Positions 22,884-33,923 of a stretch of DNA of 64,000 nt are shown one piece after another. The position numbers and the translations under genes are program-made. Position 1 is the stretch's first letter, and the number at the start of each line of letters is the position of its first letter. Source of the stretch: an uncultured Nitrososphaeraceae archaeon (GTDB lineage: Archaea > Thermoproteota > Nitrososphaeria > Nitrososphaerales > Nitrososphaeraceae); contig CAWIMJ010000016.1 in the NCBI GenBank assembly GCA_963837175.1, forward strand, positions 106,474-170,473, in the 5' to 3' direction. A model generated the notes under the pieces. It saw only the letters and a list, made by a program, of their open reading frames with translations, was not told where the DNA came from and searched no databases.

Positions 22884-24600
22884 TAATATTTTCTCTCCAC
22901 AGGGGCATAACGTGTAAAAGTTACTGGATGCCACGCCATCTTTGGACCGTCAGATGCAAAATAAGCAAGAGTATGCTTCAGAAAATTGACATCATCACGC
23001 TTTGAATAGTCTGTTCTGGCATGTGCACCTCTTGATTCTCGACGGTTTAAAGCTCCAATAAACACAACTTCTGCAGTCCTCAGCATTGAATCTAGCTCCA
23101 TGACATTTATAAAATTAGTATTATACTCTTTTGCCTGATCATCTGTATGCTTCCAGGCTAATGTTTTTAATTCTTTTACCTTCTTCAAACCTTCAGCAAG
23201 ATCTTGTTCTTTTCTAAATACATATGCTTTAGCATCCATGGTATCAGTCAATTCCTTTCTTATTTCATATGGATTAACTCCGCCGCGCCCTCTAAATATT
23301 TCGTCGTAAATTCTCTTTTCTTCTTCGATGACATCCTGTTCTGAAATAGATGATGAAGAGCCCTTTGATTTTAATGCATATTGGGCTGCTAATTCTCCGG
23401 TTATTCTACCCCATACAAGACATTCAGAAGTAGAGTTTGCACCAAGACGATTGGCGCCATGTGTACTGTTACATGCAGCCTCTCCAGCAGACCATAGCCC
23501 GTTCATTTCAGTAGCACCATCTATGTTTGAATTAATTCCGCCCATCATATAGTGACATACGGGTCTAATTTCTATTGGCTCATCAATAATATCTACTCCT
23601 GAAAATTTGATGCCTATTTCTCTTATTCCCGCAAGACGCTCCTTTATCTTCTCTGCTCCCAGATGAGTCAAATCAAGTTTCAAACAGTCTGCACCTGATT
23701 CGTGTTTAAATCCTCCTCCTACCTGAATTTCCCTAATCATAGAGCGTGATACTACATCTCTTGGAGCCAGTTCGAGTTTCTCTGGCGCATATTTTTTCAT
23801 AAACCTTTCTCCTTGATTATTTATAAGATAGCCGCCTTCTCCTCGTGCACCTTCCGTAATTAATATTCCCGATGGCAGGATACCTGTAGGATGAAACTGT
23901 ACAAACTCCATGTCTTTTAAAGCAAGACCTGCACGATATGCCATGTCTAGACCATCAGGCGTTGAAGAATAAGCATAAGTAGAAAAGCTATAAATTCTTC
24001 CAGCACCGCCCGTACATATTATTCCTGCAAGAGATTTAAATTTTATAAAGCTACCTGTCTTGATTTCAATAGCTGTCAGACCTCTAAAATTATTTCCTTC
24101 CCTTAATATTTTGGTACAGAACCATTCGTTATAGAAGTGAATATTATCATATTTGAGACATGTATCATATAGTGTCTGCATCTCATAAAACCCTACTTTA
24201 TCCTGCGCGTATGTGGCCCTTGGAAATGAGTAACCACCAAACTTACGCTGACCTATCCGGCCATCCATCCTCCTTGACCAGGGCATTCCCCAATGATCTA
24301 GCTGATAGATTTCATAGGGCATATTTGACACCAGTCTTTCTGCTACATCCTGATCTGCAAGGAAGTCGCTACCTTTGATAGTATCATAGAGGTGGGATTC
24401 TTGATTATCGCCTTCCTCCTCAAAGAGAACGGCTCGCCGTTCCACCTTCAGCAGAAACAGAATGAGACCTCATCACCTGCACCTTCGAAATCACCGCAAC
24501 GCTCAGCTTTTTATCTATGGCAGCAGATGAAGATAGCAGCTCGAAGTCCAGCTAGACCTGATCCTACAATAACAACATCATGGGAAATAGTATCCGTCAA
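22883..24600 (-). CDS. sdhA: succinate dehydrogenase flavoprotein subunit (two apparent indels ~24440 and ~24530)
   Basis: VGSGLAGLRAA, RSHSVSAEGG, QFHPTG, TEGARGEGG, HYMMGG, HGANRLGANS, ESRGAH. Confidence 0.95.
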
Positions 24601-25364
24601 TTATTAACATCGGCCTCGTACGATATGAATTGCGTTAAATTATTATAATGTATATATTTTAGCATCTTTACCATGATTTAACAATACTAAGATCTATGCA
24701 TTATTTATTATAAACTAAGAAACGCCCCGTCTAATCATCAAGTAAATCGAGAAAACCTAATATCTGAGCTTTGGAAAGAAGTTGAATATTTACAATATCT
24801 CATCGGAACGAATAATATTGTTATTATTATACTCGCTCACTCAAAAAGAAAAATTCATTGCTTTCTTATTATAATGTTTCTGGCATTAGTAATAATAGCA
24901 ATTATTTTTTTATTGGCTGCATTAATTTAAGTTAAAAGCTATAATAGTTGTAGATGCTCTATTCTTTAGGTTCTATTGACATCTATGATAAGAACAAATA
25001 GAACATTCGCAAAAGATGTAGCTTTAGATTATTATAGTTGTCTAATCTGAGTCTCTTTTAGAGAATATAGTAAAGGCATTATCCAGATTTATAAAATGGA
25101 GTCATTGTCTCTTCTGTTTGTGTATGGAGATGGATTCATCAGCATTATAAAACAAAAAGATCTGCTTAAAAGAGAGGAAGGATACTCACTGCTTTATATA
25201 GCTAGAACTGAATGTGTATTGATAATGATTACTTTTCATGTATAACAAAAATAAATGTAAATTAAAGCAATTATTATAAGCTGCCTAGTCAATCTGTTTG
25301 TTGATAATTACAATAATAAGGTAATAGTAAGCTTACAAACTAGGTTCTTTAACATGTTTTAGTA

Positions 25365-25643
25365 TTGTACAATAATAATAAAGATATGCCCATAGAATAT
25401 AAAGGTAAGGTATTTCTAGCACCCAATACCTCTGATGAAGAAGTAGTTAATAAGGCCAAGAAAAAATTAGTTGAAAACGGTATCAAGGAGGAACATATTC
25501 AAATAAACTACAATACACAAGATCTAGAAATTGGTGATCTATACATAAGTTATGAACCGCCAGATCTAGTAATTAGAAATGTTTATGATAAAAAGAGGAG
25601 CGGAATTATTAAAATGAAGAGCACACGAATGATAAAGATCTAG
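25365..25643 (+). CDS. hypothetical protein (start probably 25386)
   Basis: 92-aa ORF, stop overlaps hisS stop. Confidence 0.6.
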   Translation: MYNNNKDMPIEYKGKVFLAPNTSDEEVVNKAKKKLVENGIKEEHIQINYNTQDLEIGDLYISYEPPDLVIRNVYDKKRSGIIKMKSTRMIKI

Positions 25644-26917
25644 TATAAAATATTATACAAACTTTTTGCTAAATCATTCACTTTTTGTTTGCTCTCAGTG
25701 CCATCACTCATTGACCTCACTGTTACCTCTCCTTTCTCAATTTCTTCAGGTGCGACTATCACCGTTAGAACCGCATTTTTTGATGCTGCATCGTCAAGTT
25801 GTTTTCTAAGTGCTCTTTCATTAAGGTTATAGTCCGTGCTAATTCCGCCGTTTCGCAAAATTGAAACTATGTCTAATGCAGAAGCCCTCATAATGCTTGA
25901 TGTATATGCAACGTAAACCATTTGTTTGGCCATACTTTTTAGAATTCCGTGTTTTTTAAGTGCTGTCATTATCCTTTCCACTCCTCCCGCTGCACCAATT
26001 GCACCAATATCTTGTCTGCCAAATGCATGAGTTAATCTATCGTATCTGCCTCCGCCTACGAGCGCACCTAATTCAATAAAATGATCAAATGCTTCGAAAA
26101 CTACTCCTGAATAATAGTCGAGCCCTCTTACAATTCCGAGGTTAACTCTGGCATTATTAACCCTCCTAGATTTTAATGAGTCCATTAATGTTATGAGTCT
26201 ATTCCAATTTTCTAATCCCTTAAGATCTGCTTTTGAATAAACTTCATTGATAGTACCTTTTATACTTGAGAGATCAATTAGCTGCTGAAGTTTAGATAAA
26301 CTAATTTTGTCGTTATATTCCTCATACAATTCCGATACACTCTTCTTTGCAACCTTGTCAACTGCTCTCAACATATCAGCGATTGTTTGTCCTTCTATAA
26401 CGCCAAGTTTCTGTCGAATGTATTCCTCAATTAATTGTCTATCATTGACTTCGACCATAACATTTAGCCCAAGTTTTTTTAAAAATACTGAGACAAACTC
26501 GATTACTTCTACATCAGACTCTATGCTGCATGAGCCATAAATCTCAATGTCCCATTGATGGAAATACCGATAGCGTCCGGCTTGTGGTTCGTCATATCTC
26601 CATACATCAGAAAATGACGCTAGTTTGACCGGCATTTTCAAATCCCTCCTTGTTGCCACGAATCGAGTAAGACCAATTGTAAGATCAAATCTTAATGCAA
26701 TGTTTCTACGTCCCTTGTCTGCAAAACTATAGATTTCGTTTGATATAGATGCTCCGGCCTTCGCCTCAAGCGTGGCAAGCATCTCCAGAGGCGATGGCTC
26801 CATAAGCTTGAAGTTAAAGAGATTTGTGGTTTCTATGAATTTTTCTTTAATATAATTAATGTAATGAAGCTCCTCTGGTTCTATATCTCTCATTCCACGG
26901 GGAAGTTCTAATTTCAT
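25640..26917 (-). CDS. hisS: histidine--tRNA ligase
   Basis: PRGMRD, ALRFDLT, WRYDEPQAGRYR, VRGLDYY, GGGRYD. Confidence 0.95.
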   Translation of the reverse strand: MKLELPRGMRDIEPEELHYINYIKEKFIETTNLFNFKLMEPSPLEMLATLEAKAGASISNEIYSFADKGRRNIALRFDLTIGLTRFVATRRDLKMPVKLASFSDVWRYDEPQAGRYRYFHQWDIEIYGSCSIESDVEVIEFVSVFLKKLGLNVMVEVNDRQLIEEYIRQKLGVIEGQTIADMLRAVDKVAKKSVSELYEEYNDKISLSKLQQLIDLSSIKGTINEVYSKADLKGLENWNRLITLMDSLKSRRVNNARVNLGIVRGLDYYSGVVFEAFDHFIELGALVGGGRYDRLTHAFGRQDIGAIGAAGGVERIMTALKKHGILKSMAKQMVYVAYTSSIMRASALDIVSILRNGGISTDYNLNERALRKQLDDAASKNAVLTVIVAPEEIEKGEVTVRSMSDGTESKQKVNDLAKSLYNILY

Positions 26918-26991
26918 AATGGAACGCAGTATTTTGTTGACATTTAGATTTTGCGATCAATTCTAATAAAACCTAGATTCCTACCAACACA

Positions 26992-27420
26992 GTGACAACA
27001 AGGTTTCGATATCTTGATCATGTAACAGATGCTATCATTGAGGCTTATGGGAGTTCTCTAGATGAAGCATTTGAAAATTCTGCCAAGGGACTTGTCAATA
27101 CAATGATTGATCTAGAACAAATTACTCCTGACCAAGAATATGAAATTGTAGCCAAAGGATATGATGTCAAAAGTTTACTTTATGATTGGCTAGAGAAAGT
27201 AATGCTAGGACTATTAATTGATAATATGGCGTTATCAGATTTCAAAGTTAAAATCTCTGAAAATAATGGCAATTATTTTCTTAAAGGGATTGCTAAGGGA
27301 GAAGTTTTAGATTTAAAAAAACACCACTATAAGATGGAAATCAAGGCTGTAACCTATCATGAAATGGAAATTAAGCAAACAGAAGATTTAATTACGACTA
27401 GATTCTTGTTAGATCTATAA
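26992..27420 (+). CDS. archease
   Basis: YLDHVTD, EIKAVTYH, terminal LDL. Confidence 0.92.
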   Translation: MTTRFRYLDHVTDAIIEAYGSSLDEAFENSAKGLVNTMIDLEQITPDQEYEIVAKGYDVKSLLYDWLEKVMLGLLIDNMALSDFKVKISENNGNYFLKGIAKGEVLDLKKHHYKMEIKAVTYHEMEIKQTEDLITTRFLLDL

Positions 27421-27602
27421 TTTAACAGTTTACATCGTTAATTTGAACTTTATCTCTTATTATGCGAAAATAAGGCTGAAAATAGGAAAGTGTACAATAT
27501 CATTATATAAGAATCATATTGATATCGTTTGTAGAAAATGGACATTTCAAACATAGATTAACAAATCTTAAATATCAAAAACATCATCTAATTCTTAGAA
27601 AC

Positions 27603-27965
27603 ATGAATGTCGAAAAAAAAGCTTCTAATCCGCATGCTAGTAGTAACCAAGCTTTAGTGGAGATTTCTGAAAAAAACTTTGATGAAATAATAGGTGGAAA
27701 CAAGCCAGTCTTAGTAGATTTTTGGGCGACTTGGTGTGGACCATGCCAATTTATGCTTCCTATTTTTGACAAATTAGCAAAAAAATATGGAGATAAGGTA
27801 TCATTTGGAAGACTTAATGTTGACGATAATCAAGGAGTAGCAATGAGATTTGATGTGTATGCTATTCCGACATTTATCATCTTCATGAATGGCAAGGCCA
27901 TTGACAGAGCTGTAGGTGCTGTAGGAGAAAAGGGTCTTGAAGGACTGCTTCAAAAGTATCAATAG
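27603..27965 (+). CDS. trxA: thioredoxin
   Basis: VDFWATWCGPC, AIPT. Confidence 0.92.
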   Translation: MNVEKKASNPHASSNQALVEISEKNFDEIIGGNKPVLVDFWATWCGPCQFMLPIFDKLAKKYGDKVSFGRLNVDDNQGVAMRFDVYAIPTFIIFMNGKAIDRAVGAVGEKGLEGLLQKYQ

Positions 27966-28043
27966 CAGATCCAATCCAATCATAATATATGTATCAATTT
28001 TCCTTCTACATATAGATGACCCTATAATAAGTAATTACTATCA

Positions 28044-29828
28044 TTAGATATATCCAAATGCAGGGTCTGTTTTTCTTTTGAGTTTCAAAATCTTCTCGAA
28101 AGATTCTTTCTCCTCTTCATTTAATCGAGTGATGAATCTCTCAATCAACACTTTTGCTTGTCTGCTATTCAGATCTGTATAGAAAATATCTTCTTCGTTG
28201 ATTTGCCTTCCAATAACTGGACCTTTTATAGAAACTGCCACTTGCATTCCCTTTGTAGCTTCTTCAATTGCTTTTCCACTTTCTTGTACTTGATGAATAG
28301 TACCTACTTTTTTTCCATTTTCATTTATAACAAAAACCTTTTGTCGTAGTTTTCCAATCAAAATCTCGGCTCCAAAAACTGCTGGGTCATTTCGCCTAAA
28401 GATAAAGCCCTTTAAGAATTTAAACTTACAAACTGGTGGTATTTCATTAAATAGAATGGAATCTTCATGTTCTCTTTGATAAGTAACCCAGTCTGTATAA
28501 CTTCGTACAAGATTGTAAATTATCCGTTCGTTGAAAATCTTTACTCCACGCTCCTGTGATTCTTTCTGAGCATCATCTAGAATCTTGACATTAAAACCCA
28601 AAACTACTCCTACATATCTATCCTTTTCCCTGACTGCCGATGCTGCAATTACATCTCGCCTTATGATGTGTCCAATATCAGCACTTTGAATTGGAATTTT
28701 TGCTTTCTTCAACAATTCCGTTATTGCTTCAATTGAACCTATTGTATCACATCTGAGGATAATCCCGTTTGAATCAGTATTTATAATTGCACTTTTAATT
28801 TCAGATTCGACCATTATCTTTAATCTATTTTCATCCTCTTTCTTTTCAATAACATACAAAGGGCTCCCTGCGAGGACACCATCCAAATCAGGTGAGGTGA
28901 TTTTTAGACCAGCTGCAGAGATAACTTCACTAACAGGTTTAAATTTATCTCGCGGATCTCGCATCTCATCAAGTGGCTTTGGTAGCAATAATGCCTTGAT
29001 TCTCGTGACAATAGCACTATCTCTTTTTGCTACTGTAATATAGTCACCCTGTTTTAAAATGCCGTCTAATAGTATAACGTTAGCAGACGGTCCCAAACCT
29101 ACCTCTTCATTAATTTCAAGTACAATTCCTCTTGCCGCTCCATCGCGACGTTCTAATTTCTTTGTCATATACTGCTGCGTCAGGCCTACCATTACCGCAA
29201 GTAGCTCAGGTATTCCCACTCCGGATGTAGCGCTAACAGGAACTATTGCTAACTCTTTTGTAAAATCTTTGACACGCCAAAATGCTTCAGAACTATATCC
29301 TAATCTTGAAAGTGAGCCTACTACATTATATATTTTTTCATCTAGGCTTGTTTGAATACTGACATCTTGTTTCTTAATTTGATCGCTGATAAAAGGCGTG
29401 TTTCCCTTTCTCCAACCTGTAACCATATCAATTTTGTTCAGTGCAATAACAAATGGAACTTTTCTTTTCCTAAGGATCTCTATGCTTTCGTTTGTTTGAG
29501 CCTCAAATCCTTTATTTACATCGACAACTACAATCGCTATATCAGCGGCAGAACCACCTCGTATTCTTAAATTGGCAAAAACTTCATGACCAGGTGTATC
29601 AATAACAAGCAATCCCGGAATTTGAGTTTCAGATTTAGAAAGTTTTTCATAAAGAGGCCCCGTAATATCCTTAATTGTTTCAATAGGAAAAAAGCTTGCC
29701 CCTATATGCTGAGTAATGCCTCCTACTTCACGCGATTGAACTGCCGTGCCTCGTATCTTATCGAGTAAAGAAGTTTTGCCGGAGTCTACATGACCTAATA
29801 CTACCACCACAGGTTGCCGGAGTTTCAC
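28044..29828 (-). CDS. infB: translation initiation factor IF-2 (aIF5B)
   Basis: GHVDSGKT, GGITQHIGA, DTPGHE, NKID. Confidence 0.95.
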   Translation of the reverse strand: MKLRQPVVVVLGHVDSGKTSLLDKIRGTAVQSREVGGITQHIGASFFPIETIKDITGPLYEKLSKSETQIPGLLVIDTPGHEVFANLRIRGGSAADIAIVVVDVNKGFEAQTNESIEILRKRKVPFVIALNKIDMVTGWRKGNTPFISDQIKKQDVSIQTSLDEKIYNVVGSLSRLGYSSEAFWRVKDFTKELAIVPVSATSGVGIPELLAVMVGLTQQYMTKKLERRDGAARGIVLEINEEVGLGPSANVILLDGILKQGDYITVAKRDSAIVTRIKALLLPKPLDEMRDPRDKFKPVSEVISAAGLKITSPDLDGVLAGSPLYVIEKKEDENRLKIMVESEIKSAIINTDSNGIILRCDTIGSIEAITELLKKAKIPIQSADIGHIIRRDVIAASAVREKDRYVGVVLGFNVKILDDAQKESQERGVKIFNERIIYNLVRSYTDWVTYQREHEDSILFNEIPPVCKFKFLKGFIFRRNDPAVFGAEILIGKLRQKVFVINENGKKVGTIHQVQESGKAIEEATKGMQVAVSIKGPVIGRQINEEDIFYTDLNSRQAKVLIERFITRLNEEEKESFEKILKLKRKTDPAFGYI

Positions 29829-30236
29829 TTAACTATTAAAAATGACCCGCGACTCTTTTATGAAGCTTTCAGATGAATCTGAGGCATGAACAATATTATC
29901 TGTAAATCCGAGCCCGAAATCTCCTCTAAGAGTTCCAGGATTTGCCTCAAATGATTTTGTTGCTCCTATCATCATACGCACTGTGTTAACAGCATTATTG
30001 CCTTCAAGGATGCATGCTACTACCATTCCCGAAGAAATGAACGATACCAGCTCATTAAAAAAATCTTTTTCACTATGAACTGAATAGAATTCTTCGGCCT
30101 TGTCTTTTGTAAAATTGTATGACTTTAAGTTTTTAATTTCGAATCCCTTTTCTTCAAATCTGGCAAGAATTTTTCCTGTTAATCGTCTTTTAACTGCATC
30201 AGGCTTTACAACAAGAAGAGTCTGTTCTGAGACCAT
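29829..30236 (-). CDS. ndk: nucleoside diphosphate kinase
   Basis: VKPDAV, PGTLRGDFG, NIVHASDS. Confidence 0.95.
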   Translation of the reverse strand: MVSEQTLLVVKPDAVKRRLTGKILARFEEKGFEIKNLKSYNFTKDKAEEFYSVHSEKDFFNELVSFISSGMVVACILEGNNAVNTVRMMIGATKSFEANPGTLRGDFGLGFTDNIVHASDSSESFIKESRVIFNS

Positions 30237-30240
30237 AATG

Positions 30241-30453
30241 TTATTTCTTCACTCTAATGCCACCCTTCACGTATTTAGTGGTCCATTTTAACTTTCTCGG
30301 ATCCCGCTTTAATTTGCGGAGATTCTTTTTACATTTATCCGAACAAGTCCATTGAATTGAGCCATCATTTTTTACTAGCATAGTTCCCTTGCCTGCTGAT
30401 ATATGTTTTCCACAGAAGAAGCAGTTACGAAGGGATGTTGCTGTTTTACTCAT
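30241..30453 (-). CDS. rpl24e: 50S ribosomal protein L24e
   Basis: CFFCG, GKGTMLVKNDG, CSDKC, PRKLKWT. Confidence 0.95.
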   Translation of the reverse strand: MSKTATSLRNCFFCGKHISAGKGTMLVKNDGSIQWTCSDKCKKNLRKLKRDPRKLKWTTKYVKGGIRVKK

Positions 30454-30486
30454 TTCTCATACACACACTATCCTATTATAATTCGC

Positions 30487-30702
30487 TTATTTTATTTTAC
30501 GTGCTTCTCGCTCGGTCTCTCTAAGCATCAAGATATCATTCATTCTAATTGAACCTTTGACATTTCTGGTTAGGATACGACCTTTATCTTTTCCTTCCAA
30601 GACTTTTACTCTAACCTGGATTACCTCACCTGCGATTCCTGTCCTGCCAACGATCTGAATAACTTCTGCAGGAATAACTTTTTCTTCTATATTCTTGCTC
30701 AT
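30487..30702 (-). CDS. rps28e: 30S ribosomal protein S28e
   Basis: [27 protein letters not shown]. Confidence 0.95.
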   Translation of the reverse strand: MSKNIEEKVIPAEVIQIVGRTGIAGEVIQVRVKVLEGKDKGRILTRNVKGSIRMNDILMLRETEREARKIK

Positions 30703-30724
30703 CTACCCCAGACACCTACCATCA

Positions 30725-31103
30725 TCATTTTTTGCCTTTCATATTGGCAATCGAATTGACAACTTGCTCAACGATATGCTGCGCCTCACCAGCGTCCAAA
30801 ATGGTAGCTGGCAGCACTGCCAACATCTATTCCAAGAGAAGCACCCAATTGTTGTTTGCTTGGCACAAAAATATATGGTATGTTTCTTTCTTCACAGAGA
30901 ATAGGCAGATGTGCAACTACTTCTGGTGGTTCTACATCTTCAGCTATAACAGTCAGTCGACTTGTACCACGTTCTATTGATTTTGTAGTTTCATTGGTGC
31001 CTTTTCTTACTTTACCACTCTGTTTTGCTAAGCGAACAGCTTCATAAACTGCATTTACTAAATCTTTAGGAGTTTCAAATTTTACATAATATGGTTTACT
31101 CAT
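30725..31103 (-). CDS. rpl7ae: 50S ribosomal protein L7Ae (apparent indel ~30808)
   Basis: [28 protein letters not shown]; C-terminus TILDAGEAQ...KGKK in an adjacent frame. Confidence 0.93.
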
Positions 31104-31110
31104 ATCTAAT

Positions 31111-31137
31111 TCTATCACCCATCGGGATCATCTTGAT
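31111..31137 (-). promoter_or_regulatory. putative K-turn in rpl7ae leader overlapping SD (L7Ae autoregulation site)
   Basis: Minus strand tcaa-GAT-GA-T-CCC-gat-GGG-T-GA-taga: 3-nt bulge, tandem GA/AG, U-U, 3 C-G pairs; contains GGTGA SD. Confidence 0.55.
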
Positions 31138-31187
31138 TCCGCTGTAAGGGAAGAGGAAGCGTATTAAAAATGTTGTCCATTTGCATT

Positions 31188-32573
31188 CTACTGTATCGTC
31201 GATATTTTACTTTCAATTAATCTGCGGTATTCTCCGACCTTTGAATTTAGCAATGAACTATCTACAGATTCAGCGTACATCCTAACGAGTGGCTCTGTCC
31301 CACTGGGTCTAACCATAATCCACGTTTCCTCGTCTATCCAAATTTTGGCCCCGTCAAGGGTTTCAATTTTTTTTGGACTTCCATGCTCTAAACACATAGT
31401 CACGATGGTATTAGCAATCTGCTTCGTAGGACATCTGAACTTAGTTTTATATTGAAATATTTTTGGTAATGAAGAAATCATGTGTGACAATGTTTGTTCT
31501 TCTTTAGTCGATAATGATAACATCTCCAACACTAAGGCAGTAGTCATTGCGCCATCCCTAACTTCATTTAATTTTCCATACATAAACCCGCCATTATCTT
31601 CTAGGCCGATGAATGATTTGCGCCTTAGCATCTCTCTTGATACTTCAACGCTTCCAACTTTTGTGTGAATTACCTTTGAATCAACTTCGTTTGCCACTAG
31701 AGAAACTGCCATCGTAGTATTGATAGGACATACAACTTCTGCGCCTCTATGTTTTGTTTTTAGGAGATATCTTACTATTGCTGCTCCGACCGTATCTCCC
31801 CAATGTACTTTTCCTTTCTCATCGCAAAACAAGCTCCGATCTCCATCTCCATCATATGCTACTCCAAAATCAGCCTCTAAATCCTTCACCATATTAGAAA
31901 GCATTTTAAGGTTTTCAGGAGTAGGCTCTGAACCGCGTCCTGGAAAATCACCATCGATATTGCCGTTTATAGTAATTACTTTACATCCTAATTTATTTAA
32001 CAAGATTGGAGCTACACGTGCTTGGGCACCATTTCCGAGGTCCATAACAACTGTAAACCTTCTTTGCCGGATCTTTTCAACATTTATGAGCGAGAGGACT
32101 GCCTCTATATAAGAATCCATTATGGTCTCAATGTTAAAATTCCGACCATGACTATCAACTTTGGAAAATTTTTTGGAGTAGTATATATCTTCAATTTTTA
32201 ACTCATCTTCTCTAGAAATCTCTACTCCGTCATTAGCAGTAGGCTTTATTCCATTATATTCAGGTGGATTATGCGAAGCCGTGATCATAATACCGCCATT
32301 GTAGCCAGCTCGTTTTGTAGCATATTGAAGACAAGGCGTAGGTACCAATCCAGCATTACCTACGTCTATTCCTGCAGAATTGATCACCGAAGAGACTATT
32401 TTTGATAAGAGTGGACTTGACTTTCTTCCGTCATATCCTATAATAATCGGTCCTTTTTCAAAGTATGTCGCAAGTGAATACGTTAGATCAACAACTAAAT
32501 CGAGTGTAAGTTCTTTTCCAAAAACACCTCTAACGCCATTAGTTCCAAAAAGTCTCGGATTATTTTTTTGCAT
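31188..32573 (-). CDS. glmM: phosphoglucosamine mutase / phosphohexomutase
   Basis: LFGTNGVRG, ITASHNP, YDGDGDR, RPSGTEP. Confidence 0.9.
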   Translation of the reverse strand: MQKNNPRLFGTNGVRGVFGKELTLDLVVDLTYSLATYFEKGPIIIGYDGRKSSPLLSKIVSSVINSAGIDVGNAGLVPTPCLQYATKRAGYNGGIMITASHNPPEYNGIKPTANDGVEISREDELKIEDIYYSKKFSKVDSHGRNFNIETIMDSYIEAVLSLINVEKIRQRRFTVVMDLGNGAQARVAPILLNKLGCKVITINGNIDGDFPGRGSEPTPENLKMLSNMVKDLEADFGVAYDGDGDRSLFCDEKGKVHWGDTVGAAIVRYLLKTKHRGAEVVCPINTTMAVSLVANEVDSKVIHTKVGSVEVSREMLRRKSFIGLEDNGGFMYGKLNEVRDGAMTTALVLEMLSLSTKEEQTLSHMISSLPKIFQYKTKFRCPTKQIANTIVTMCLEHGSPKKIETLDGAKIWIDEETWIMVRPSGTEPLVRMYAESVDSSLLNSKVGEYRRLIESKISTIQ

Positions 32574-32648
32574 AATATATGTATTTTATACGTTAATTAA
32601 GAATAGATAAATTTGGCTATTAATTGATGCTAAATGAGCATTGCATGT

Positions 32649-32803
32649 GCGGGGGTTGTCAAGCCTGGCCAACGGCGCAGGTCTCTTTTCCATGATGTCT
32701 ATCAGAAGGAGTGCGAAGCTTAGAATGAGCCAGGACGGTACAAATAGAGGCTCCTATAACCCTGTTCCTTAGGGATTCGTGGGTTCAAATCCCACCCCCC
32801 GCA
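32649..32803 (+). tRNA. tRNA-Leu(TAG) with two introns (32682-32717 at 30/31; ~32726-32759 at 37/38 or 38/39)
   Basis: Acceptor GCGGGGG/CCCCCGC, long variable arm, GTGGG-TTCAAAT-CCCAC; splicing gives CAGGG-CTTAGAA-CCCTG; BHB-like pairings around both introns. Confidence 0.88.
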
Positions 32804-32883
32804 TTCTATTGATTACTAATTTCAACTACAGAAGTAGGAAAAGTAAACTAAACACAAAGTTTTAGAGTCATACATTTTTGATA

Positions 32884-33633
32884 TTATACTTTATCATGTT
32901 TTCTAAACGCGATATAATATGCCATTGTAGCTCCAGCAATAGCAATGAGATACCAATAAGGTATCACAAAAGTACCGCCAATATCTAATGCTCCTAAATG
33001 CATAGAAGTCCAATCAGAAAATTGCATTAATTGTTCGCCTTTTGGATCATCTTTGAGTGGCACTAACCATCTATTCACAAACCATGCAAAATCTTCTACA
33101 GTAATTGCAGTTATTAGATTTGCAATACCAAGAAAAAATGCTTGTTTTCTTTTGCTCTTTCCAAACAATCTGAATGTCATGTCATCAAATAAAGCAGCGA
33201 AACTGATAAGGATAAAAATGAAAAGCATCGGAAAGAGATGGTACTGATACATGTTGCCGATTATTGGTTCTGTTTCTCTACTTCGATCAAAATTAGGATC
33301 AATTACCTGTACCTTTCCATTTGACATTTGCAGTGCAGGATCTTTGATATAATAGTATTCAAGATGAGCAAAACTAACGGCAAAAACCACGCAAATAACA
33401 GCTGTTGAAATAAATTCAATCCTTCTTGCGCCTAATTGCTGCCTAATTCGCTCCCTTGAACCAAGTAGATCATGATGATGACGACTACTTTGGTGGTGAT
33501 GATGATTATTATCATCACCATTATTACTACTGTCATCATCAATTCTTTCATCATTACTATGACGAATATTGTAGTCATCGTTATAATGTTCATCACCTGC
33601 GGGAGAAGTAGATTTTGATCTGATATTCATCAA
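32884..33633 (-). CDS. membrane protein with Asp/His-rich N-terminus
   Basis: ~4 hydrophobic segments; DDSSNNGDDNNHHHHQSSRHHHD; EDFAWF. Confidence 0.75.
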   Translation of the reverse strand: MMNIRSKSTSPAGDEHYNDDYNIRHSNDERIDDDSSNNGDDNNHHHHQSSRHHHDLLGSRERIRQQLGARRIEFISTAVICVVFAVSFAHLEYYYIKDPALQMSNGKVQVIDPNFDRSRETEPIIGNMYQYHLFPMLFIFILISFAALFDDMTFRLFGKSKRKQAFFLGIANLITAITVEDFAWFVNRWLVPLKDDPKGEQLMQFSDWTSMHLGALDIGGTFVIPYWYLIAIAGATMAYYIAFRKHDKV

Positions 33634-33923
33634 ACAGAATGACGAACTTATATCAGTTTACATTAGCATGACCTTTGATCTAGATAATAATATCATCGAA
33701 TCCTTTCATAAGATAAAGGAGAAATAATGAGTAAAAATTTTTCTTTCTAGAAACTATTACATATTTTAGACAACAGAAGATGTTCAAAAAGTAGCAGATT
33801 CTCTTTGAAAGAAGAAGCGGATATGGATAAAGTTTATTGGAAATAAATTTTGAGTAAAGTCGCCATCGCACTATTGATGTTAACTAAACCTTTTTTTATA
33901 TTACCAAAGATATGTAGAATATT

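Noticed and set aside
21844-24600. Programmed frameshifting or pseudogenisation of sdhA/sdhB
   Set aside because: No slippery heptamers seen, and similar indels occur throughout the window; sequencing error is simpler.
4563-32610. Many short antisense ORFs inside core genes (e.g. 4780-5247, 19600-19965, 29059-29355, 31720-32112)
   Set aside because: Fully overlap well-supported genes on the opposite strand and have no motifs.
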